A stretch of DNA of 63,697 nucleotides, the filler included, from Choristocarpus tenellus KU-1152 (Eukaryota; Protista; Phaeophyceae), in assembly GCA_964200185.2 (NCBI GenBank). It is 11 parts of 11 records of this genome, joined end to end, with 100 filler letters (N's around TTAATTAATTAA, not from the genome) between each part and the next. Parts side by side here need not be neighbours in the genome. Positions count along the whole stretch, not along the records: positions 43,373 to 53,305 come from CAXNAD020003268.1; positions 53,406 to 56,812 come from CAXNAD020020242.1; positions 56,913 to 63,697 come from CAXNAD020007355.1; 8 more parts are not named here. One strand, given 5' to 3'. Position numbers and translations under genes: made by a program. Shown one piece after another: positions 48,479 to 59,965 of the stretch; the stretch's first letter is position 1, and the number at the start of each line of letters is the position of its first letter. The notes beneath the pieces are model-generated. The model made no database searches and had not been told where the DNA came from. It saw only the letters and a program-made list of their open reading frames with translations.

Positions 48479-49439
48479 AAACCAAGACTTTCAAATTTGG
48501 GTTATCAGTTTGGTGCTTGGCAGTCGGACCCCTTCTTGTCCGCCATTGCACTCAAAGACAAAGTAAGCGAGAGGTACCCAGAGTTGCATTTTAAGGATCT
48601 CGGCAAGTATGTGCAAAATCGACATTTTCCGAATTATGTCGAAATTTTTCAAAAAATAGACAAATAAACCCTCTAAAGCCAAACATAGCACTCCATCCAT
48701 AGAAATATGGGTGAATTGTGTAAGATTATAATACTGGCTTAAAATGCAAACGACCAAAAACTGGGTACCTCTCATTTACCTTGGCTCTCAACTTGGGTAA
48801 GAAAATATTTAAGCTTTACTAATAGTAACAACATGCAATGTGATTAACCTGCTGAAGAAAGATAAAGAAATGGAAGAAAAATATGCTGCATTCGAAGGAA
48901 CAAACGCATCATTGGTCATGGCCATGAGTGATGTACAACAAGCGAGAGCAACACCCTATGTTAGAACCTGGGTAAGGGAACCAAAACTGGTGTATTCAAC
49001 AACTGCTGCAACGTTGAAAACAAAAGCAGTAGCAAAGATTTGAACCTGGTCATCCGCAACCCCAAGACCTGTCTGTCTTGTGTCGCTGAACTAACAAAGA
49101 AATCAAGATCTCCCAATAGTTAGCATATGTTTGCCAAATTGTAATTGTAACAACGTGTAACCCAAGCTCATCAGGAGTGATACCAGATACACCACCACCA
49201 AGGTACATGGGCGACACAAATTATTGAGAGGAAGGCAACCAGGATGATATGAAAAAAGAAATCAAAAGCATTGAAAGAAGAAAGATAAGAAAATAAGGAA
49301 AGGAAAGGAAAGGAAAGAACTTGGAGGTTCAAAAGCACTACCACCCCAAAAAAGAACTACTCCAGGAGTACAATGAGAAAGCAGCAACAATCGACATACC
49401 ATATACAGATACTGATAGATACAGACAGTGACGGAGATA

Positions 49440-49815
49440 GTGTTGGTGATTTGGGTGGCCTCAACTAATGCTTCAGCATGGCGTACCTTACCTATGGATA
49501 TCGTACCTTTCTTGGAATGCCTCGCCGCCAGCCACACAATAATACCATACCACTTCTTCTGTTGGTTATTATGGCCCTGGTGTTCCAACCCTCTAAGGTA
49601 ATCCTGCAAACTTCTCAAGGTCACCTTGGACACACATATCTACCCTTATTCCACCTTGCTGTCATTTTACACCCGCAAGCTCCCCAAAAATCGACACCTT
49701 GGAAGTCCCTCATATCCCATGCGTGTAACTGACCCAGCAAATAGGAGTTTCTGCTTGCGTACCACCGCTGCCTCGATACTCTCACACCCAGTCTCAACAA
49801 GAGTGTCTTGTAGGC
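49440..49815 (-). mobile_element. 3' fragment of an RTE-like LINE (post-RT region)
   Basis: DTLVETGCESIEAAVVRKQKLLFAGSVTRMGYEGLPRCRFLGSL matches the LINE C-terminal 'SIE..R.R.L.W/FAGHV.RM...RLPK..L.G' motif. Confidence 0.75.
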
Positions 49816-50063
49816 ATTTAAGAGCATAGCAATTTTGCCCTGTTTGTCTGTTTGGGGCTTGACTCCCCACAGGTTTTTTATGCCCTTTATCGGTTTCTGT
49901 GTGAACACTGCTACCTAAAATATATACGACTATGAAAAGTGTGACTGGAGCAAGGATACTGACTCTTGCTAACAAACATGAAAAGCACAATTACATCAAA
50001 ACCACAACATTGGATTTTGGACCCCAAACTGACGTGGGCGTACCCTCTCAAATGCTTTGAGTC
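49814..50063 (-). mobile_element. MITE family 1, diverged copy with damaged left TIR
   Basis: TTTTGCCCTGTTTGTCTGTTTGGGGCTTG...GGATTTTGGACCCCAAACTGACG...TACCCTCTCAAATGCTTTGAGTC. Confidence 0.8.
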
Positions 50064-50858
50064 TAGGACAGGATCTGATCAGTGTATCCTGGTTGAGGAA
50101 TACTACAAAAAAATGTATGAAGAGAGCAAAGCTTCAGGTAATCATGAATGACATTATTGAGGCTGCGAGGGGTGTCCATGTCATAGGACTAAACATAACT
50201 TCAAGCACTTTCCTCTTGAGTTTTCGAATCTTAAGATCAAGTGATATATGTAAGGTCCTGTCATATTTTAGTTGACTACATAACTAACTGTGAAAACTCA
50301 TAGGTTTGAGTTGGTATCTGAAGTTGTGAGTCCTTTAGAGGTATCATGCCCAATTCCATGTGGGATATGGACCGACCAAGCTTTCTGAATCCCTCCCCTC
50401 TCAGTACCTGGGCCTCATCTTTCGCACCTGATGGTTGTAGCAACGAAAGTTATACTGAAGGTGTTCACTGGTGTCAAAATTTATCTACCCAATTTTCTTG
50501 AAAAACGATAAAAACTATTTATTTGTGCGCTCGTGCACTCTGCGCACGATTCCCAAACAGACGCTTCAACAATGAAGGAACGAACCAAAAACGAGGACTA
50601 ACCTTATTGAGGTTGCTGTTGCAATTATTTCATCTGCCTTCAGTCTTCGACTCCTTTTCGTGTGAGGGTGTTACCGTGCTTGGGAGGTGCACAGCATATG
50701 TGCAAGTCTTTTGTATGCAATAGTTTTGCACTCAGAGTGAAACCTTAGCTTTCTAAGACGTATACCACAACAGTGCTGTAGTGTATTTCGATTGCAGTAA
50801 GCCACGTACACCCTCAACTTGTCATACTTTTGTCAACAAACTTCTGAAAGGTGGTTCG

Positions 50859-52250
50859 ATGGGCGGTTTAGCACCGAGAACCAGTGCTGAAGTGGATGTA
50901 GGTGGTAGGGAGGTATTGAAGGAAGGACCTGTATGTATAGATGTGGCACGAGGTGAACCAAAGGGGGGTTGGGCGGGGTCTGCAGGGAGGACTCTTAGTG
51001 GGATAGGACCAGGGAGCACATCAGCGATAGGTGGCATGGATAGGTTAGGAGATGCAGACCTTCGCCGGTTATTCGCAGAGTGTAAGCCAGACCAAAGTGG
51101 AAGAGTATCTCTTCGCCACCTCCTCTATGCTCTGCGTGCACGTACAAACGGGTCGGTCAGCACACAATGCCATCGAGAAATAAGGGACAAGAAAGGTCCA
51201 CAAAACACGGTACCATTGGAGAGGGAAATTTTTGGTGAAACAAAAGAAAATGGAGTCGCCCCTGATGTGGCTAATGGTAGGCAAATGGAAGAGTGGTCGT
51301 GTACGGATGGTGCAACCATCGACTACCACCGTTTTCGAGAGATGATGGAGGAGGCTGCGGTGGCCAGTCAGGAAGGGATGGAAGATATAGACACAGTCCT
51401 CCTGGAAAAAGAAAACGAGACAGACCTAGGCACCCCCCCGGCCATGGAAAGAAACTTGGTTCTAAGCGCGCAGGCCAATGGAAAACTGTCGGTGAGACAT
51501 CAACTAAATGCACCTTAGGTACAACATAACGTCCAATTTTCGAACTGCATCACACCTGGCATTGTATTTGACCGCCATTGTCCAATATCTTGCATTATAA
51601 AAACTCATTGTACGAGGCGGAATTTTCTTTCGTGCTCGTTGTCTTTCCTTCCCCAAATGGTCATGGGATGCTCTGAGTACTCCAGGATATCACCAAGAGT
51701 ATCGTTCATCAAAGACAATGCCTCAATCTCAACCCTGCAGCCTTGCTCCATCATACATAGTTGGCATAGTAGAAGAGGTCGCCACAACTACCTGGTCACC
51801 CCATGAGGGGTACCTCCGACATGTCCTATTCTCTTTAAGCCAATTCAAAGTTATTCACCTTGTTGATTCTCTCCACCAACAATGAATACTTAGTCAGGAG
51901 TGGAATCTATATTTACATATGGTTGACATTCCCAACCATACCAATGCTGCATTTCTCCTGGGAATCGCTCCAGCATCATGACAACTGCATTAGAATGTTT
52001 CGTAGCTCCAGCTGCTTTCATTGACCTGTTTCTGGTTCTTACTCTTATATTCTTACTTCACGGCACATTTTGTTGCTTATGGAACTGTCCAATCAACGGG
52101 CAGCAGCACCACCATGACGATCTTGCAGTCACTCTCAAACGGATCACTGCAGGAGGCCTGGCAGGGATGGCTGCCAAGTCTGTTGTGGCACCAATGGACC
52201 GCGTCAAAATCCTCTTTCAGGTTACAAACGAAGGATTCAGCTTTCCAAAG
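50859..52250 (+). CDS. Mitochondrial carrier (SLC25) with N-terminal EF-hand-like region, 5' part
   Basis: Exon 50859-51491 contains DLRRLFAECKPDQSGRVSLRHL and DGATIDYHRFREMM. Phase-0 exon 52104-52250 reads LKRITAGGLAGMAAKSVVAPMDRVKILFQV (Px[DE]xx[KR] signature). Confidence 0.85.
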
Positions 52251-53405
52251 GTGTGTATATATGTGTGTATGTGTATAGTGTGTATATATATATGTATGTA
52301 TATGTATGTATTATATAGTATGTATATAGTATGTATATATGTGCTGGTGTTTGCTTCACCACAAAGGATTTTGACAGCTGAAACAGAGTCTTGTTAATGA
52401 ACCACTTAGACGAGACCTTTTCATGGTGGAAGTACTGGAAAACATTAATCGCATTTTTGTGTACTTTTTGTCCCGTTACATGTATATATTCATTGTTTGC
52501 CCGTGTGTGTTATAGAGATTTTTTCTAGATTAGGCTAGGTAATCAATGTTCCTTGCACAGTTACCCTATAGGAAACATTTTAACTCAAATTTTATTCCAG
52601 AACTGCCGCCTCAGCGCAAGGAGGCCAACAGAACAGTGTGTTTTGATAGTTCTGGATGTAGTTTGGTACCACCATATATATATTTTTTAAAGGATGATGA
52701 TCTACAGCCAAAGGTGATAGGAGAAGACATTTTCTGGAGAAGAGAATCTTACGGAATCTTTTTTAGTAGTTCTCTCTGTTCAGCAATGTGGGTTCCGGAC
52801 TCTCACCTGAGACAACAATACCTTCAGTTCTAGTTGTAGGTTCATGTCAAAGGGTGCGGTACTGGGTCCAGTTTGGTTCTGAGGTGCGCTTGAGCAACCT
52901 CTACATCTTGAAGTACACGGTCCCAACCTATACCTCAACCAGTGGAACTTTGCTTTTATAGTACAGTGCCTCTTTTCCGAAGGTCATTGTCCTGATAGTA
53001 TCATGTCCATTCTTGTCCACTTTGGAAGTGCAAGTCTCAGGCAGTTTGGGGGAAACCTGACCAATCATACTCCTTTGAACCTAAAAAAAAGTGAAAGAAA
53101 AGGTGAGGAGTTCAGAATTCACCAGACCCCCCCCCCTCCCCCCCCCCTATGAACCCAAGACAGAGATGAGATGTGAACATTTCTTGATTTGTGCGCGAGA
53201 GATCCCAGGGGGGGGGGGGGGGGGGGTGGGTTGTTGTATACCCCCACACCCCCCACATCTTTTTTTTTTTTCATTGCTACACTCCCCCTCTCTTGCCGGA
53301 TTTTANNNNNNNNNNNNNNNNNNNNNNNNNNNNNNNNNNNNNNNNNNNNTTAATTAATTAANNNNNNNNNNNNNNNNNNNNNNNNNNNNNNNNNNNNNNN
53401 NNNNN

Positions 53406-53430
53406 CCCCCCCTCCCAGATACTTTGAGCC
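53406..53430. mobile_element. MITE family 2 terminus at contig start
   Basis: CCCCCCCTCCCAGATACTTTGAGCC. Confidence 0.8.
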
Positions 53431-53838
53431 TGAAGAAGATCAATCGCGTTTGTGAGATCAATTTGGCAAATGGATATATTTGACCTCCGGAAGCAACTGT
53501 ACGATGATCGAAAGTTAGTTGTGCAACTCGATCTAGTCATGTTTTTTTGGGAGTACAACACTGGGAACACGCTGTGCACTTCAATGGGTGCCTGAACACA
53601 CTGTGTAGTTCAAGAAATGTATTCATGATCTGTAAGTAGAAAAACCACATACGGAGACTCATTTTCTAATTTGATTTGAATTTTTCAACTAGTTATTTCC
53701 CGTACATCCAGTATGTGCTGGAGGAATGCATAAAATTGGATGTCCCTCGAGAAATGAATGCCTTTCCAATCAATACGTATCTCTCTGGTATATGGTATAT
53801 GGTATGATATATACATCTTCGAGACAAACATCTTCACG

Positions 53839-56309
53839 ATGCCTGAAGGAAGGGAAGATCGCGGGGGGCGTAAACGACGTCGATCATCTGCTGGAGATAA
53901 GAATGGTGATGCTCCTGCTAAATTTGATCACCAGGTGTGAAGAATGCAAGTTCCATTGCAACCAAAACCTTGGTTGATTTGGACCCCCAAATCTCTTCGA
54001 GTCATCCATTGTGTCATTGCACACAAGTTGGGTGATTGTCCCCGGGCGACGTGTAGTAGATATTTTTTTCCTTTAACTTCTCCGCAGTAGGTCTCCCTTC
54101 CCTCAATCTAACACCAACACCAGCAACCACTTATCCTCCAAACTGGCACGCTCTTGCTACCCAGGAGGAGGGCGAAGAGGAAGCTCGTTTTCGCAAACTC
54201 GTATTCGGCCAGGGAGATGAGTCCCTTATCAAGTCATTCGGGGAAGAGTCGGTGAGCCTGCCAGGAGGTGGTGGTCGAGATCCCAGTTCACAGGTGGTGT
54301 TGGGGGATAGCGGACTGAACAACGGTAAAGGCAGTGCTGATGAGGAAAACGAAATTGAAAATGGCACAGGGAGCAGAAAGGTGCAAGCGTGGATTGATGA
54401 GGATGACGCCAATCTCAAGGTGAAGTACATGCGCCTTAAGGTCCTTGTGTTCCAACAACAGGATCATTTTCGTCGCCTGCCTTTATTGTCTTTAGCACAT
54501 CGATTGTTCACAAACACATGGACACGCCGAACACAATACCCTCATTTTCAAGCTAGAGCATTCCTGTTGTTATGTTTTTGTGGACAGAGATCACCACTGA
54601 ACGTGACCCTTGCCTAAGACGTTCTCTCTTTAGGCATGCCTTTGCCTAGATTTCGTGCCCCGTGTGCATATCTCCGTCTTGTGTCACACGTCACCCCCAT
54701 TCTATCTCTCCCTTTCCCTTCTGTTGGATACAGGTCGATATTTCAGCCAAGAGTCGACTCAAGAAACTTAGGGAAGTTCGCGAGGAAGGGAAAATGACCG
54801 GGCCGGAGTTCGAGCAACGCCTCCGCAACAGGTACATCTCACATCCACCACTCTGCGCAAACCCTGATACCCTTTTATTGCGATTCTCACACATGTTGCT
54901 TATCTATCTCTAGGTTGTTTTTGTAAAATGAAACGTTGGCGCGGGAGCTGAGTATTCAACCCCTCCCAACCTGACCTCCTTAATCCTCCCTGTGTGGGAT
55001 CCTTGTCCCCTTGTCCAAAAGATTTGTGAGCTCAAACGTTTCGATGGACTGGGTTACCTCTGCCGAAGACGATGCCCTATCCAAGGGGAAAGTGAAAGCT
55101 TTGGGGAGAAGGGGAACACGAGGGGGAACCTCGGACTCTGACTCCGGGGGGGAGGATGAGGAGGAGGTAGGTCATTGAGGAGTCCAAAGTAGATCCTATG
55201 AGGATTGCTTTAGATTTAGCGGTTGGTTTCGGGGTGTAGGTTGTGGGTGCAGGAAAATCGGAAAACACGAACCCTTTCCTTAGAATTTTAGTATCTTTTA
55301 TGCTTTAGGGTTAGGGATGGTTGGGTGTTTTGTTGGGAATGCGGTGTTGGAGGAAATTGACTGGTTGGAAGAGGCAAGGGGAGGGGGGGAGAGGGGCCTT
55401 TGCTGTGGACAACTCATTGTTGCTGTAATGATGGTTGGGCTTTGTTTGCCATTAGGTTTTTTGGTGTCTTTTGTTCATCAGGGAGAAGCAGAGGGATGAG
55501 GAAATGGAACTTCGTATAAGGGTGCATGGGGTGTTCCTGTTGTTTAGAGTAGACGCAAGGGTGCTTCAGGCCTCAAAGAGACATATTGTTGGAGGCAATC
55601 ATGGTCGTACTGTATGCCCCAAACCGTAGCCTCCCTTGTGTGTCTATTTGATGTCCGTGTGTAATTGGCTAGTGATCATTGTCTCTTTTGTCTTACCATT
55701 CCTTTTTATCCTGTAATTTTCACATCCCATTGAAGTGATTTCACATGCTTAAGCTTCAAAATTTTCTATTTTTTTTGTTGATTTTTTGTTTGCTTGTTCC
55801 CTGCGTAATTCCCTCTCCCCCTACCCCTACCCCTACCCCTACCCCTACCCCCCTCCTGCTTCTTACATTTCTCTATCCCCAACCTATTTCTGGTTGACCT
55901 GTGTGCACCTGTCCTTCTACCTCTCACGTTTTTTTTTTTTGTATGAAATCAGGGTCCCACATTCCATGTTTTAATCTTTCATAAAGTTTAGCGTTGATGA
56001 GAATGTATCCATCATATGGTGGACTGTTCACCACTGGTATCGAAGGCGTCTGTGATGTTATCGCAGTTATAATGTTACAGGAGGGCTGCAAGGACTTCCC
56101 ACACGGCCAAACAGGTGGAATGACTGGATGTTTTAATTGCCAATATAATATTTTAAAACTCTTCAAGAGTAAGGAACCCTAATTCCTCTGATGCCCATGG
56201 CTGTTGTGTTATTTCCAACTCAAAAGGTGGGTGCTTTCCTAAGGGACAGCACATCGCTCAAGGGCTCAGGAGGGGGTAAACTGCAGCCAGGCTTTCTAGA
56301 CATTGTCAG
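53839..56309 (+). CDS. UTP18: U3 snoRNA-associated protein 18 (SSU processome), 5' part
   Basis: Phase-consistent exons 53839-53934, 54165-54419, 54734-54831, 55022-55166 and 56227-56309. Motifs EEARFRKLVFG, AWIDEDD, RLKKLR...TGPEFEQRLRNRF and LQPGFLDIVR are typical of the UTP18 N-terminus. Confidence 0.9.
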
Positions 56310-56586
56310 GTGAGGGTAGGAGTGCAGGAAACTCAAGAAACGTTCTAGGTGACTGAGAGGTTTTGGTAGCAGGGGGTGGGGATCAAGGGCTAGGTATGGC
56401 AGGAGAGAGCGACTGTCTGGTGAGACTGGGGTTTGGTGTGGTGAATGGTGAACTTCAGTGGGAGTAGTAGGTAGAGGGAGGCGTGTTGGGTGTGACTTTT
56501 TAGTTCTCCTAATTTTTATTTTTTGGTGTGTTTGTGTGTGTTACGTGTTAATGGATAAGTAAGTAGGCGTTTGCAGTATGTGTAAG

Positions 56587-56589
<3 letters not shown>

Positions 56590-56644
<55 letters not shown>
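56590..56644. repeat. (CA)n microsatellite
   Basis: About 27 perfect units. Confidence 0.95.
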
Positions 56645-56646
<2 letters not shown>

Positions 56647-56912
56647 TTCACTGTTTTCTCGGAAGGGGGCAAGTGGGGAGAGATTGAACTGATGAGGTGC
56701 AGAGGGGGCAGCGGGGGGGGGGAGGGGGGGGGGGGGGGGGGACTGGCTAATGAGCGTTTTTTTTGTTCTCAGAGTAGTGCGCATTCCAATGTTTGTTTGA
56801 TTGGCATTGGATNNNNNNNNNNNNNNNNNNNNNNNNNNNNNNNNNNNNNNNNNNNNTTAATTAATTAANNNNNNNNNNNNNNNNNNNNNNNNNNNNNNNN
56901 NNNNNNNNNNNN

Positions 56913-59685
56913 CCACTGTTGTCCCTCTTGGACTCAGTTGCCCCATGCCCTGCCCCTCCCCCACCCCCAGGTTGAACTTCCTCTTCCAACCCAGAGTCAG
57001 AACCAGAGCCTGACCTGTCCCCTTCCGGTAGGCGACGAATCGCTGGTCCTCCAAAGTTAATGGACTTTATCAATGCTTCTTCATCATCTACTACTCCCAC
57101 CCCTACCCCAGCGCCCCCCTGTGAGATGGAGCAAGGAAGGGTATCACTACTATTAATGCATGTTCATGTTAGTCTGAGAGGTCCCAGACCCATGTTGAAG
57201 GGTATAGGTTAGTCACTGCAATACCACGGTTTAGTAATTGCAACACAAGTGCTTGACAGCACAAGAACTCGGTCCAGCTGATGAAATGAGGAGTCGCACA
57301 GCAGTCGTCTCAGATAGACCTTGGTGGTTAGCAATACGAAATCCTCGAGAATTACAAAATAGAACAGAAAGTAAAGGAAAAAAAAATCAAAATGGAAAAA
57401 CAAAACAAGAAAACTCGATGTAATCAAGATGATTAGCCAAGAGAAACCCAGGTAGAACACATCAACGCATAAAATTTAACCTTTAGGGAAGAATTTGAGG
57501 GAAAGATAGGCCTTGTTTGGGATTACAATCATGATGTCTACGGGAAGAGGAGCATAAGGCTGCTCAAGTGGCACAAGAACATCTGACGGTGCAACTATGA
57601 GGTAACCCACAGTGTACAGCAGACCCTGGCAAATTATACATTATTGACAGGATACATACTGAAATTGCTTGCACTGGACTGAATGGCTTGTCCTCCATGT
57701 TAGTACATCATGCATCAATACCTTCAAGCACACAAAACACTCAATTCTACCTGTGACAGTCAGGTCAGGGGAGGGGAAGCCAGCAGATGATGACTGAGGT
57801 CCCCATAATCCATTCTGGTGACCATATACCCACACCCTACAATAAAATATGCCTCATCACACTGCTCAAATTACTTGCTATGCTGTAAAAGTGCATATTG
57901 GAACTGTTTGCTTGAACATCGCGCGGTATAGGAGGCGTTTGGTCTTGCAGTAGGGTGTCCGTTCTAGTAACAGTCTGCATGGTTGACTGACCAGAGAGTC
58001 TACCACCGCTGCTGTCTCCGCCTCAGCTTTCCGCCTAGCTGCAGACCTCTCCAAGAGGACACTGGTGTCAACATGCTCGTTCCTCCTGTTCACTGACTTT
58101 ATCTCATCCAAGGCGTCCATGATCTCCATCTCGATCTTAGAGTCCAACGTTCGGTTCTCCAATGCCTTCATCGAGTCACTCTTATCTTCCTCCTCCCTAC
58201 CATGTCAGAGTAGGGACAGTTTTAATAAGGCTTGGAGTAAGGACTAGGGAATAATGTGTTTGGTTGTTACAACCCAAGTGTGAATTTAAACATTTCATAG
58301 GTGAAGGGCTACCTCCCTTGACGTTGTTGATGCTGTGTTCGGAACTTGCTATCGAACGCAACAACACTCCTATGTTTTGATTGGACGATGAAATGAGGAG
58401 GATCTACATGTTGGGTTTTGAAGCAATATTTTAGGAGAAACTCCTCACAAAAGGACTCTTTCCCAATCCGTAGATACTTAATCAATGTGATACATGATGC
58501 GACTTGTCAGTGCACACAACTCCTCTCCAACATGAGCAACACACACAAGAGCAATAGAGCTGTACACACTGTGGTGCAAGTGGTGAAGAAATCACGAGGA
58601 GTCATTTAGTACAGCAAGAGTGAGAATAATTGAGATGGGTAATAAAAAAAATGACGACATTTGAAGGTCTCCAACAATGTATGGAGAGTCCTACCTCTCC
58701 TTGGCATTTTCATCCTCTGCCTTCTTTTTTTCTGTCCAAGCCTCAGAATTTCTCTTGGCACCAGTTTCCAGCTCATAGTCTCCATTCTCCGGATCCGTCT
58801 TGAACGTGATTTCTCTGCCAGGATGTACAACATAGAAGTGATTCTGGGTGGGTATCTATGGGAAAGTGATTTAGGTAGTGGGCGGGTTGGTTGATCTAAA
58901 TGACAATGAGCACCGAAGTGACGATGATGCCAAGAGAATGTGAAGTGGTGGCACTTACTGGCTGCATATGACACACTTGATGTAGAACCTGAACTTTCTG
59001 ATACCAAGGTAGTCCTCTCCATGACAATCCTCCTTGCGAGAATTGAATTTCTTCCCTCTGAGTCCCACGCCCGAGGATTTGTAGGATTTGTCGGGGAAGA
59101 TGGGGAGAGTACGAATGGTTAGAGAGACGGAAAACAGTTTGTCACAGAAATACGAAGGCCAATACAGCGGTACAGCAGCGCGCAAGGCAGATAGAAAAAC
59201 ACGGCAACGGACATTTAGGAGGTGGAGGTCCTACCGTAGGGACTGGGGACTTGGATCAAGAGTTACTTCCCACAGCATCCCCCCCATCGAGAAATCCTCT
59301 TCCACTAACGCAAACGATCAAATACATACAGCCACAGGACAAAACGACAACTACATTTCCACACAAATTTGAGGATCACATTCCCATTTGATTGAGGGAG
59401 TGCAAGAATAACTTAACTGGCGACTGAACAACTCTCCTAACTTGACGCTTCTTGGACGAAACCAAATTTGAAAATTACAAGAGATCTCCGTTGCCCCCTC
59501 TCTTTTCTGTCTTCCCTGTCTCCATCTCACCTGTACATGAACTCCCCGCAAGTAGTGCATTGCATAGAGAAGGGTATCATCATACGAACCTCGATCTGCT
59601 TGTTCGGGTCCCTCTTCATTCGCGGGACCTTCTTCGGATCGAAGTCCGGTGGGAAGTACTTATTGAGCACTTTGCGTTCACCCAT
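56913..59685 (-). CDS. YJU2: Splicing factor YJU2/CWC16 (CCDC94), 5' part
   Basis: Exons 59685-59531, 59057-58959, 58814-58695, 58196-57992 and 57118-<56913. Sequence [17 protein letters not shown]...[19 protein letters not shown]...[13 protein letters not shown]...[12 protein letters not shown]...[15 protein letters not shown]. Confidence 0.97.
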
Positions 59686-59965
59686 GGTTGCTACTGAGGA
59701 GGGTGTCTCAACCTAGCTGAATAGTGGAAGAGTTGAGTCTACGATTTGTTGGGAAGGGAGGCTTGGCGTGACGAATTTTGTGAGTCTGAATGTAGATGTA
59801 GCAGTGTACCAATTGTAGTTGAGGTGTAATGACAGTAGACGAAGTTCGTATTGTGATGGAGGCATGTATATAAAGAAGTTGGATTGCATCGTATTTTATA
59901 CTGCACCACAATTCTTGTAAAATAAGGAATCCATTGAGCGAGATTGTTCCGTGTAGAACGAAACC

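Noticed and set aside
55022-55166. Suspected frameshift in UTP18 exon 4
   Set aside because: Recounting gives 1+144 nt, in phase with both neighbouring exons.
55305-55850. TTAGGG and (CCCTAC)n motifs as telomere remnants
   Set aside because: Only two to five units, intronic, with no paired inverted array; ordinary microsatellites.
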